A DNA stretch of 64,000 bases. It comes from Macrostomum lignano (Eukaryota). The stretch covers positions 62,001 to 126,000 of the forward strand of contig NIVC01002177.1 in assembly GCA_002269645.1 (NCBI GenBank). Direction: 5' to 3'. Positions 26,101-37,482 of the stretch are shown here, in pieces. The translations under genes and the position numbers were made by a program. The stretch's first letter is position 1; every line of letters begins with the position of its first letter. The notes under the pieces were generated by a model. The model made no database searches and was not told where the DNA came from. It was given only the letters and a program-made list of their open reading frames with translations.

Positions 26101-29100
26101 GCATTACTGCCCATTCCGCCGACTTCCCTGAACAGGCACACAAGCGCGCGGATACGTACGCAGTCATACGCAGTCGTACACAGGAGTGTACAGCGGCCCT
26201 AACTTTATTTATCGTTAGGCATGTACACTTCACTGTGCCTTGTGGGCTGGCTCTCAAGGCCGTTAATTGCACGAGCAGAGCCAAATTAATGGCTGAACTT
26301 GGAATTGAGACTGGATCGCTGGCACATCAGAGCGCCGCGCTGGGCTAAGGCCCTCCCTAAACAGAAACAGTGTCTAATTGCTACTAGACTCGGGGAAAAC
26401 AATGTTAGACCGGGTACTGGACTCAGCCAAACTCTATACTGCTTAAGGTTCATTCATTTGTGGTACGCAGGCAATTTAGTAGCACAAGCGACAGCAAAGC
26501 AAGACGCAGCCAGATCCCACACTCACCTGTACAACCTGCTTCACAGCCGCATCAACATAGTCTTCCACTGGAGTCTTTGAGAACAGCACATCAACCGGGT
26601 AGGTGCGGCCGGGTATCTCAAACACTGGCACATCGCCAAAGAAAGCTGAGAACTTGCCAGCGTCCATTGTAGCGCTGGTAACAATCAGGCGAAGGTCGTT
26701 GCGCCGGCGCACAATCTCGCGCAGCAGGCCTAGCAAAACGTCAGTGCTGAGCGAGCGCTCGTGAGCTTCATCCAGGATGAGGCAGGCGTAGTGGTCCAGG
26801 TCCGGCTCCCTGAGAGACTCGCGCAGCAGGATACCGTCTGTCATGTACTTGATGAGCGTGTCCGGTCCCGTGCAGTCCTCGAAGCGGATCGAGTAGCCGA
26901 CTTTCTGGCCGAGTTCGGTGCCGAACTCCTCGGCAACGCGCTTAGCAACGCTCATTGCGGCCACTCGGCGAGGCTGTGTGCAGCCGATCATGCCGAACTT
27001 GGTGTAGCCCTCCTCGTGCAGGTACTGAGTCAGCTGCGTGGTCTTGCCGCAGCCGGTCTCGCCTACTATCACCTGCAGGCTCAAACCAATGGTTTATCAT
27101 CATCAGAGTTCAAATCAAGGTCAATTTAAGTTAAATTGCCAATATCTGGCCTTCAGAGTTTCCAATAAGCATATAAAGCTCTATAAATTTTACGCGATTT
27201 TTGTAATAGCAGGTCATAATACTATTTAAAAATATTGACAGACATTTGGCATACTCACAACAATGGGATGGTCGCGGATAATTCTGAGCAGCTTGTGTCG
27301 CACAGCAAACACTGGCAAGCATTTGCGCTGACGCTGCAGTTTAGCGAATGCAGCTTTAGCGGCTTCCGGAGTCCTCGAGGCTGAACTGTCATCAGCAAGC
27401 ATCTTGTCGCGGAATGTGTGACTGGAACGGCCGTCGCCGCCTTCATCACCGCCAAGGTGCTCCTCGCGCTCGGCTTCCTCAGGCCGCTTGACGCCCATGA
27501 TGTCGCCAATTCTGGTGCCGGCCAGCTGCCACTCCTTCTTTTGAGCTCGGCGTCGTTCGCGCTGCTCGCGCCAAGACCGGACAAGCGCCGAGCCGTTCTT
27601 GCACACCATGGCCATGTCGCTGGTGGGGTCGCGCACGGGGACGACCGGCTCCGGCTGCCTGGTGAACACGATACGGCCGTCCAGGAAGGGCGGCACAATG
27701 TTGCGCACCAACAGGTGCACGCGGGCGCCGATTTCATCGTCCTGAAGTTCGGTTATTGGCGCTTCACTATGAATCTGGCTTGTCATTGGCGCTTAACTAT
27801 GAATCTGGCTTGTCATTGGCGCTTAACTATGAATCTGGCTTGTCATTGGCGCTTAACTATGAATCTGGCTTGTCATTGGCGCTTAACTATGAATCTGGCT
27901 TGTCATTGGCGCTTAACTATGAATCTGGCTTGTCATTGGCGCTTAACTATGAATCTGGCTTGTCATTGGCGCTTAACTATGAATCTGGCTTGTCATTGGC
28001 GCTTAACTATGAATCTGGCTTGTCATTGGCGCTTAACTATGAATCTGGCTTGTCATTGGCGCCTAACTATGAATCTGGCTTGTCATTGGCACTTAACTAT
28101 GAATCTGGCTTGTCATTGGCGCTTAACTATGAATCTGACTTGTCATTGGCGCCTAAATATGAATCTGGCTTGTCATTGGCGCTTAACTATGAATCTGGCT
28201 TGTCATTGGCGCCTAACTATGCAGCTGGCTTGTCATTGGCGCCTAACTATGAATCTGGCTTGTCATTGGCGCCTAACTATGAATCTGGCTTGTCATTGGC
28301 GCTTAACTATGAATCTGGCTTGTCATTGGCGCCTAACTATGAATCTGGCTTGTCATTGGCGCCTAACTATGAATCTGGCTTGTCATTGGCGCCTAACTAT
28401 GAAGCTGGCTTCTTATTGGCGCCTAACTATGAATCTGGCTTGTCATTGGCGCTTAACTATGAAGCTGGCTTCTTATTGGCGCCTAACTATGAATCTGGCT
28501 TGTCATTGGTGCTTGACTATGAAGCTGGCTTGTCATTGGTGCTTGACTATGAAGCTGGCTTGTCATTGGCGCCTAACTATGAATCTGGCTTGTCATTGGC
28601 GCCTAACTATGAATCTGGCTTCTCACTTACAAGATCCTCATCGAGCTGAGTCTTTTGCACCACGCCCGATCGGAGCATTCGGTTCTCCTCCCAGGCCACG
28701 TTGTCCTTCTGAGTCTGCTGCGCCGCCGCCGAGCGACACTTGCGCTGCTGTTGCTGCTGTTTGCGCAATTCCCGCTCGCGCTTCTCAACGTATTCCTGCG
28801 ACACGTCCGGGAATGGATTATTCTCGTCGTCGAAGCCCTCGTCCATTTGGTACCACTGCCTGCGGGCAAATTAGCAAATCCGGAAATCCAGCTGCATTGG
28901 AATCAGGCTATCACCGATAAGAACGGTACCAAGGGCAAGAAGCGTCCCAGTCGTTTTAGAGTCATTGCAGATGACATACCGGTAGGTACGAGTAAAATAG
29001 AAAATAAATGACTCTAAACGACTCTAAAACGATGAAAAGTCACGATAAAAATTGCCAAAAAGTCGTTAATCACTCAAAAAGCACTTTTAAGCGTCTTTGT

Positions 29101-30907
29101 GACTGTGACTCTGGGGCGACTCTAGTGACTCTGGGGCGACTCTAGTGACTCTGGGGCGACTCTAGTGACTCTGGGGCGACTCTAGTGACTCTGAGGCGGC
29201 TCTTGTGACTCTGAGGCGGCTCTTGTGACTCTGAGGCGGCTCTTGTGACTCTGAGGCGGCTCTAGTGACTCTGGGGCGACTCTAGTGACTCTGGGGCGGC
29301 TCTTGTGACTCTGAGGCGGCTCTTGTGACTCTGGGGCGACTCTAGTGACTCTGGGGCGGCTCTAGTGACTCTGGGGCGACTCTAGTGACTCTGGGGCGAC
29401 TCTAGTGACTCTGGGGCGACTCTAGTGACTCTGAGGCGGCTCTAGTGACTCTGGGGCGACTCTAGTGACTCTGGGGCGACTCTAGTGACTCTGGGGCGAC
29501 TCTAGTGACTCTGAGGCGGCTCTTGTGACTCTGAGGCGGCTCTAGTGACTCTGAGGCGGCTCTTGTGACTCTGGGGCGACTTTAGTGACTCTGGGGCGAC
29601 TCTAGTGACTCTGGGGCGACTCTAGTGACTCTGGGGCGACTCTAGTGACTCTGGGGCGACTCTAGTGACTCTGGGGCGACTCTAGTGACTCTGAGGCGGC
29701 TCTTGTGACTCTGAGGCGGCTCTTGTGACTCTGAGGCGGCTCTAGTGACTCTGGGGCGACTCTAGTGACTCTGGGGCGACTCTAGTGACTCTGAGGCGGC
29801 TCTAGTGACTCTGGGGCGACTCTAGTGACTCTGGGGCGACTCTAGTGACTCTGGGGCGACTCTAGTGACTCTGGGGCGACTCTAGTGACTCTGGGGCGAC
29901 TCTAGTGACTCTGGGGCAACTCTAGTGACTCTGGGGCGACAGTATAACGATTCTGGGGCGACACTTTCACGATTCTACAACTGAAGTGACGCGCTTGTGT
30001 CGCAACAATCGCCTCTTCGTCTGATTAGACGCTTTTGTGTCGTTAAAAGTCACAAGAGTCGCTAGAGTCACTATAGAGTTATTTGCAACGTCTTTTTAGC
30101 AATGCTTGTCACGGTATCGCTTGAATCGATGATTATTTACCTGTCGAGCCGCTTCTGCTCCTGCTCCCAGTCTTCGTTATCAAGCTGATCTCGCCGACGC
30201 TCGCTGCCGGCAATGCTGTCGGTACCTCTCCGACGATCCCGACTGCGGTAGTCGCGCTTGTAAGTCGGCGTTGGCATCGGGGTGTATTCGAAGGAGCCTC
30301 TGCCGCCTTCGCCGGCCCTGCTTTCGACATCCCAATTCTCACGCGATGGAGTCGCCTCATTGGCGCTCAGATGCTTTGGGGTCCGGTAATAGGGCGAGCC
30401 CGAATCGTCCGCCTCCCGGCGCGTGGACGTGTCTCGCTCCCACTCGTCGTAGCGGCGCCTCCGTTCCGACCGGCTGCCGCCGCCGCCGCCGTCAGAAGAG
30501 GATCTGGCAGCAACGATCCCGCGCTCCTGCCGGCGCGGCGCCTTTAGCTCCGGGCGCGGGATGTCGGCGATATCGGACCGCTGCGAGGCTGGCGTTTCTG
30601 GGCGCAGCTCGCGGTACTTTTTAGCGGCCGGGCCAGCTGCTGCTGTGGCGGCGGCTTCCTCGCGCTTCCGGGCCGCCAGCTTGTCCAATCCGAGCAGCGA
30701 CGGCCGCGAGGACTGCGGTGGCGGCTGACGGTCGGCTGGCTTCTTGAACTGGATGCCGCCAGCGGCCAGGCCGCCTGTGGCCTCGGTGTTGGCCAGCGGG
30801 CGGGCGCCGGCGCCGCTGCGCACAACGAGGCCGCCTGCCTGGCCAGAGTCACGGCTACCTGGCAGAACATCGTGCGCCTGCTCCTCTGGCGGCTCCGTGG
30901 CGGACAT
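23153..30907 (-). CDS. DHX38: Pre-mRNA-splicing factor ATP-dependent DEAH RNA helicase PRP16
   Basis: Exons 30907-30141, 28859-28631, 27741-27259, 27072-26527, 25893-25570, 24690-24208, 23824-23153. Motifs [38 protein letters not shown], plus PRP16-type [29 protein letters not shown]. Confidence 0.96.
23875..24092 (-). mobile_element. tRNA-headed CORE-like SINE, internally deleted copy
   Basis: Matches the 3' part and tRNA head of the full copy at 46710-47012 but lacks the central core. Confidence 0.8.
24768..25250. repeat. 32-bp palindromic minisatellite (ccccggatcagagaggagatccgggtgaatga), ~15 copies, DHX38 intron
   Basis: Period 32; each unit holds the inverted repeat cccggatc/gatccggg. 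Confidence 0.93.
25965..26350. mobile_element. Interspersed repeat family 2 (SINE-like), partial plus longer copy in tandem
   Basis: Two copies of cagg(g)tgtacagc(a/g)gccc(c/t)aacttt..atcgt..gcatgtacact; possible degenerate tRNA-like head at ~26290-26350 on the minus strand. Confidence 0.65.
27752..28622. repeat. 30-bp minisatellite (cttaactatgaatctggcttgtcattggcg), ~29 copies, fills DHX38 intron 2
   Basis: Intron is 27742-28630; the array covers all but ~10 bp at each end. Confidence 0.97.
29103..29940. repeat. 20-bp minisatellite (gactctggggcgactctagt / gactctgaggcggctcttgt), ~42 copies, DHX38 intron 1
   Basis: Direct inspection; two interspersed unit variants. Confidence 0.96.
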
Positions 30908-31254
30908 GCGCTGTGATTTATCGCGAACCAGTCAGTGAGAAGAGTTTAGAATGCCAAATAAGCATGCAAGCAATTTCGAAGAATAAAACTAACTTAAACC
31001 CCGATATTCACAACACAGGCAAAAATACTTAAATAAGGTAAAAATTATCAAATTTATTATGGCAAAAAATTCATGCAAAGAAACTATAAATATTGTTGCA
31101 ATGTTTATTTATGCCCATCAACTGTCAATGGGAGAAAGAAGGTCATATCTTTTTTTTAAGTCTGCTGTGACCCTATTTAGCAACAGTACGCATTGGAATA
31201 CTATGAGTGCATAGCAGAAATGCAAAAGCCAGACTGTCATTGGGCATTCAAAGA

Positions 31255-32168
31255 TTACGCAATCTTTGCCGTCCTGTCGTCAGCCGGCAGGCAGTCCAAC
31301 AGAAACTGGCGCAGACTGCTGTGCGTCATCTTGCACGGATCCTCGCAAATCCGGCATGCGGCACTGACCACTCTGGGCTGCAGCGGCTCGGCAGCCTCAA
31401 CCAGCATGCCGGCCACCTGGCGCAGGCTGCGCATGTAGGCCAGAGTCACCGAGCTGCTGCCGCAGCTGTTCGAGCCGTCGCCGACCTCCAGCTGCCAGTC
31501 GGTGGCGCCAACAGGCCGGCAGACAGTGGCCGCGGTAACCAAGTCGTACATCTCTAGGCCGGCATCCACCAGAGCTAGGCAGGCGCAATTAACGGCGGTT
31601 GCTAGGCAACAGCCGGCGTCCTCCAGCACCAAGCAGTGCAGCTCGATGCGCGACTTGGGCAGCCGATCCAGCCGCAGCGATGGTGCCAGAGTGTCCTGAG
31701 TAAAGTCGGTTAATATTTGAGCACACAATTACGATAGAGACTTATAGAGTAAAGAGTGCAAAGTAAAATTCCAATCAAGAATAAAGATCTCACCTGTAGA
31801 AAGCTGGCCGCGCGTCTCTCAGTTTCGTCGGGCAGGTAAGAAACTCGGCCAGCTTGATGAGAGGCAAATGGTGCCAATTTGTAATACACCTGCAGCTGGG
31901 CTCGAGACTGCTCAGCGCCTGCATCAGTCAATACAGACCGCTTGGGCTCTATTGGGCCGTGCACTGAGCACAGGACTTTGGTGTCGCCAAATTCTACATA
32001 GCCGGACCCGACAGTGTCTTGGACTAGACGGCGCTGAAACCAGTGTTGCTGCTGCTGCTGCTGCTGTTTGCCTTGGCTAGCTGGGGCCGGGCTGTCGCCA
32101 GCCAGCGGCAGGGCGCGCACATCGATGCCATCAACCAAGGCTGTATTGCGGTAGCGGTCAAGCGGCAT
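31255..32168 (-). CDS. EXOSC6: Exosome complex RNase PH-like subunit MTR3
   Basis: Exons 32168-31794 and 31695-31255. N-terminal MPLDRYR, GSGYVEFGDTKVLCSVHGP, PKSRIELHCLVLEDAG, ALVDAGLEMYDLV. Confidence 0.85.
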
Positions 32169-32984
32169 CACGTGATCGCTGATAGGCAGTTGCGAGTTAC
32201 GGGCATGCATTATATTTTCATTGTCTGTTGATAACAACTGTCCGGAAAAGTTCTAACGCTTCAAGCTCGCATATTTTGGTCATTCCATACAAAAAGTTAT
32301 GCTTGGAAAAACAACAGATAGTTGCAGTGAAAGTAACAAGCAATATAAAAAGCGATTTTTCGTCTTTAAGAATCAAATTGTTGTCTTTCAACTCGGTCTC
32401 ACTCTCCACCTGTAGCGACAAACTTCTCTCCCATCGCTTGAGCATCACGTCAATCGCATCAAAAAAGCACTGCCTTGAAAGACCCTGGAAGAGACTGCGC
32501 CTGACCTTTGTCCTCTAAATGACCCCTGTTGGGGCATAAATTGCGGGAAAGAAACCGGCTGCCGTGATAACTGGGAAGTGCGGAGGTTGCGGCAGAAGCT
32601 TAAATTGGCTTTTAAAGCATGGCCAAAATATACGAGAAGAACCGTGTTTCTGCTCTTGGCTTTAGAGTGTCTGAGCTTTCCGGACAAAGCCTCTCGTACA
32701 TTCAACCTACTTGAGTTCGTTTTCTATCTCTCTAACGTAACATAAAGTCGGAGAAACATGTTATAATCAATCTAAAAGTTGAAATTCAAAAGTTAAGCTA
32801 TGCCGTGTTTATTGACACATCCGGATGAATAATAACAAGCAGAAAAGATATATATTTACACTCAGTAGAGTACGAGTATCGCATAACTCAAGCTGCGGCC
32901 TGCGCAGAAATATCCAAAATACGAAAACATCAGGGCAAAAGCAGTAAAACAAACTGCGTATAATTGGGAAGTTGCGCAGAGCTG

Positions 32985-33972
32985 CTACTGCTGCCCAGCC
33001 TGGCCAGCCAGCCGGCGGAAGCGCAAGAAGTGGCGCCTACTGGCGATGGCCTGGTCCAGCCACACCAGCTCCCAGTGCAGCTGCTGTCGCAACCCGGATA
33101 GAGCCGACTCGTCCAAACAGCTCACGCTTTCTTCATCAACTTCCGCGTCAGCATCTTTTCGCTGGCCTGTCTCTGTTGCGACTTCCGCAATGCCCGGGTC
33201 GTACTGAGTGCTGGCATCGAGTTTGACATCCGCTTCTGCCTCCAGGTCAGCCTGTGCTTCAGCCTCTAGTTTAGCCTGCGCTTCAGCTTCTAGTTTAGCC
33301 TGCGCTTCAGCCTCTAGTTTAGCTTGAGCTTGAGCTTCTAGTTTAGCCTGCGCTTCAGCTTCTAGTTTAGCCTGCGCTTCAGCTTCTAGTTTAGCCTGCG
33401 CTTCAGCCTCTAGTTTAGCTTGAGCTTGAGCTTCTAGTTTAGCCTGCGCTTCAGCTTCTAGTTTAGCCTGCGCTTCAGCTTCTAGTTTAGCCTGCGCTTC
33501 AGCCTCTAGTTTAGCCTGCGCTTCAGCTTTTTTCTGACGCTGCCATTGGGAAGTCCACTGGCGACAGCCGGCAGCGGCGACAGCGGCGGCAGCCCTGACG
33601 TCGCCGTCAGCCTCGCAGGCCACCTCAAAGTAGTACCGGTTAGCATCGTTGAGTCGGCGCCGAAACAAATAGCCCCGGGACACCGCCTGCAGCCTCACTA
33701 GCCATTCGGGCTCGCGAAGCTGACCGCCTGCGCCGCTAGTTGACTGCAAGGAACAAACTATTGGTGGTTAGGCAAGTTTTTTAGCCCTAGCAACAAGCAA
33801 AGTAACATATTTACAACTGTAAACTGAACGAAATCAATGCCAATAAAAAATAGCTCATTATAATCTGACACGGACTACAAGTCCTTCCAGTAGAGCAGAT
33901 GTATATAATTTTAGCAGCAGAATAGCTAAAGCTTCGGATAATACTTCAGCTTACGACATTGTAAACAGCCAT
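32985..33972 (-). CDS. IQCC: IQ motif-containing protein C-like with internal 8-aa repeat
   Basis: Main exon 33743-32985 has IQ motif LQAVSRGYLFRRRL and C-terminal QLHWELVWLDQAIASRRHFL. It has no Met; a candidate phase-0 micro-exon 33972-33955 (MAVYNV|gtaagc) would supply the start. Confidence 0.7.
33240..33535 (-). repeat. Coding 24-bp repeat (AEAQAKLE) x13
   Basis: In-frame inside the IQCC-like exon; AQAQAKLE variant recurs at a 4-unit interval. Confidence 0.93.
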
Positions 33973-34354
33973 GTGTACGGTGACAACAGCGCATAAAGTA
34001 TTTTAGCTCGTATGTGCAGTAAAATATAAACACTACAAGCACATTCAGCCACCCAGATTTACCTAGAAGCATTGTAAAGTTCTTTACCTGGGAAAAATTC
34101 GACAGATATTCAATTAGCTAGGTAGAACCAGAGATGATACTAGGTAGGATAACTAGACATGTCACTCGCAATTAAATTTGTAAAAAAAGTAGAGCGCCTA
34201 ATTCTTTGTTTTCAGTAGTTTATTGCGCTGTGTCAGCTAAATTTAATGCTGCAGTTAAAATTTCATTTCCTTCCTCGGGGTTCGTGGATCGTGTCAAGCA
34301 TCAACTCGATGAACACAAGTGAACGCAAGACGGACAAAATGCAGTCTACATGAG

Positions 34355-34640
34355 CAGGCCCAATCTAGCTCAGCCAATGAGCGAACAGCGAGAAAAGAAG
34401 TCAAATTCAGACGGACGAAACTCTGCCTAGGGGCAGACCCAATCTAGCTCAGCCAATGAGAGAGCAGTAAGGAGAGAGATCAAATTCAGACGGACGAAAC
34501 TCTGCCTAGGGGCAGGCCCAATCTAGCTCAGCCAATGAGAGAGCAGTAAGGAGAGAGATCAAATTCAGACGGACGAAACTCTGCCTAGGGGCAGGCCCAA
34601 TCTAGCTCAGCCAATGAGAGAACAGTAAGGAGAGAGGTCA
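34355..34640. repeat. 79-bp tandem repeat, ~3.7 copies
   Basis: caatctagctcagccaatgag recurs at 34361, 34440, 34519, 34598. Confidence 0.92.
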
Positions 34641-35198
34641 GCCAAACTGTTTATCTGCCTGTCTGGTCCACGCCTTTTTTCTTTTTTGCTAGTTATGCAC
34701 ACGCACTGGATTTGGGTGCAGTTTCAAACGGATGCTAATTTAATGAATGGGTTTGCTTGTAAAAAGCCAGATATACACGCAACCAACGCTAATTTTGCTA
34801 CTGAAAAGAGTGAATGAAGGCATTTTTGCGTGTGACATATCTAGTTAGTTATTCAGGTATCTGTAGGCATAACATGATAAAAACAGATTTAAAAATAGCA
34901 AAAGTAGCGGGGATTGGAATTGAAAATACTGGCGCTATATATTGGCATTACAGGTGCAGATACACATGAGAGTATAGAGGTTGATTTAACACTGACGCAC
35001 TAAAAAAATGCGATACATGCAGGGCAAAGCTGTTTAACAAGCGTTAGACGCTTCAGTTAGTGGAGACCATCTAGAAACAGTCCAATGAAAGCACCAGACA
35101 TCTAAGATGCAACAGGGAGATCAGTGATTAAACATGCTAAGCAAAATAATTACAGCTATGGGCAACTCCAGTTATCAATTATAGACGTATGTGCAGCA

Positions 35199-37476
35199 TT
35201 AAGTGTTGGACACCCGTTCCAAATGAGTCTGCAGCTCAACAGTCTTCTTCCTTAGCTTATGCAACCAAATTTGCACATTAGCCGGTTGAGTACTTTTGCC
35301 AAGCTCATCGGTTAGATTGATGCAAATGTCTTCTAATAGTTTGACGCAATCTTTAGCCTGCTGGATGCTGTCTGCCCTGTCAGCGCTTGACGCTTGGCGC
35401 GGTTGCGGTTGCTCAGCCTCAACAGCCGGTGTAGGCGCGGGCTGATTGGCCCTCAGCTGGGTAAGATGGTTCACTAGTTTACGCTTGGGCCCGATTAGCG
35501 TCAGGCCTCTAGCCACTATCTGTGAGGGAGTTGGAAATAAACAAATTTAAATTCTCATTGTTTCAGAGTCTCGCATGGAATCTATTTCATCCCATTAGAA
35601 ACAGACGTTCATGGAAAGTAAACTCGATGCGACAGTGGCATCGAAAATATGGCTAGCGGCGCTACATCAAAGGATCCGGGATAGGGGTGGTGGCACTACA
35701 TCAAAGGATCCGGGATAAGGGGTAGGCTACATCAAAGGATCCCGGATAGGGGTGGTGGCACTACATCAAAGGATCCCGGATAGGGGTAGCGGCACTACAT
35801 CAAAGGATCCCGGATAGGGGTAGCGGCACTACATCAAAGGATCCGGGATAGGGGTAGCGGCGTTACATCAAAGGATCCGGGATAGGGGTAGCGGCGCTAC
35901 ATCAAAGGATCCGGGATAGGGTTAGCGGCGTTACATCAAAGGATCCGGGATAGGGGTAGCGGCGTTACATTAAAGGATCCAGGAGAGGTAGCGGTGCTAA
36001 ATCAAACGACCCGAGGAAAATATCGCTCTATCCTTTGAACCGGGAGAAGTGACGCTTCATCAAAAGACCAGTTAACAAGCATTAATAACCTGCTCTTCCG
36101 TAAGCTGCAGAAAGTCTTGCATCGGCATTCCCTCAAACAGGTGAGCATATTTGTTCAGCTTCAGCTCAGAAAACACGGCTTCAATGCTGGCCGGCTGCTG
36201 ATTGATTGAAAAGCCGGCTAATTCTAACAATTCACCGCAGAACAGCTTCTCCAATAGTAGCTGGGTGGTGGCCGTGTGCCCGCCCAGTACAGCCTGGCGC
36301 AGATGCAGCAATCCGCACAGCGAGCGCTTCCGCTGCCAGCACAGCAGCAGGTCCTCCAAGCAGTCGCGCTGGCCATACAGAACGCAGTGCATGGCGGCAT
36401 TGTGCCCGTCTGAATCTATCGGGTCGGGATCTGGGCCGGAGTAGGAAGCGGTTGCTAAAATAGTCACAGCGCTTCGATGACCGCAGCTGCAGGCCAGCAT
36501 CAGAGCTGTGCGCCGCCGTTTGTCCGCGGTGTCGCCCACATGAGTGCCGTACTTTTCTAGCAGCAGCTTCACCTTTAATGCGAAAGTTGGGCATAGGGAA
36601 TATCTGAGAATCTTCTAATATACAACTGACTTTTTTTAAGCATGGAAGCTCGAGAGCTAACCTTCATGGCACAGTTTATACATGCCTGGCAATGAGAAAG
36701 TCAAGGCCACAGTGCTCTGGAGGGTATAACTGTTACATTGATATATACATTGCATTAAGGGTTGTAGCCTAGTGATTAGAGCGTCGGACTCACGACTGAA
36801 AGGCCGGGGTTCGATTCCCGATCCCACTGGAACAATTTGCGTCCTTGAGCAAGACACTTAACTCTGCATTGCTTCAGTTCACCCCCAGCTGTAAAATGGG
36901 TGTCAGTATTAGCTGGGGTAATTGAGGGTGTGTGTGGCGACCCCCAGACCTTGGACTGAACAGCCGTACGCAGCCCTCGATGTGCCGCGCAAAAGGAATT
37001 TCTAGAAAAAAAGAATCCCTTTGCCTTTGGGCCTACGGCTTGTAATCCCAATAAATCCCTAAATCCCAATGAGTCTCTCTGATGGAGCTTTGAACCTTTA
37101 GCCACGATTCATAAAAGGGAGTCACACTCACCAGACTGTCGTGACCCAAGTAAGCTGCGTACATCAGAGGAGTCCAGCCGCTTCTGTTCGCTTTGCCCAG
37201 AGCGGCCGCAGGCAGCCGGCCATCCGTCACGGCCTGGTCTAGATACTCACAATCACCCAAGCTGGCAGCGGTGCAGGCGTCCATTGGCTCGCTGAGGCAG
37301 ACTTCGTTCTCCACCGTCCAGTACGGCGGCTGCTGTCCGTCCTGCATCCTGGATGTGGCAGTGTCACGTGACCTGGCCGTCCCTCCGCAGCCCCCAATTC
37401 CCGAGTCGGAATTGGCCGAGCTTTGCAGCGCTGGCCCCGGCTGCGGAATGGTCAGAATGCTTCTTATGGTTACCAT
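35199..37476 (-). CDS. ANKS3: Ankyrin repeat and SAM domain protein, ANKS3-like
   Basis: Exons ~37476-37132, 36572-36090, 35519-35199. DACTAASLG..GWTPLMYAAYLGHDSLV, TALMLACSCGH, SAM ELKLNKYAHLF..LTEEQ..GLTLIGPKRKL. True start may be a downstream ATG. Confidence 0.8.
35660..35995. repeat. 34-bp minisatellite (ctacatcaaaggatccgggataggggtagcggca), ~10 copies, ANKS3 intron 2
   Basis: Period 34 read directly. Confidence 0.92.
36759..36990 (+). mobile_element. tRNA-headed CORE-like SINE, 3'-truncated
   Basis: A box TAGCCTAGTGA, B box GGTTCGATTCC, then GTCCTTGAGCAAGACACTTAAC...CAGCTGTAAAATGGG resembling the MIR/CORE domain. Confidence 0.88.
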
Positions 37477-37482
37477 GGAAAC
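37469..37482. promoter_or_regulatory. Candidate RFX X-box GTTACCATGGAAAC
   Basis: Matches GTTNCCATGGNAAC and sits at the 5' end of a ciliary (ANKS3-like) gene. Confidence 0.55.

Noticed and set aside
1686-29940. CAGAG pentamer shared by several array units
   Set aside because: Chosen post hoc from many possible pentamers; not testable without a genome-wide count.
24733-30115. Shared short motifs (ataccggtagg, cgtcccagt, cttgtcacg) near two DHX38 arrays
   Set aside because: Matches are only 9-11 bp, their order relative to the arrays is inconsistent, and no TIR/TSD was found.
31598-31610. X-box-like GTTGCTAGGCAAC
   Set aside because: It lies within EXOSC6 coding sequence (CCLAT) and the neighbouring genes are not ciliary.
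23153-32168. Ancient synteny of EXOSC6 and DHX38 (both recalled at human 16q22)
   Set aside because: They are megabases apart in human and a single pair cannot support a synteny claim without a multi-genome test.
34400-34600. Hammerhead ribozyme suggested by GGACGAAAC in the 79-bp repeat
   Set aside because: The required CUGANGA core and a matching stem II strand are absent on both strands.
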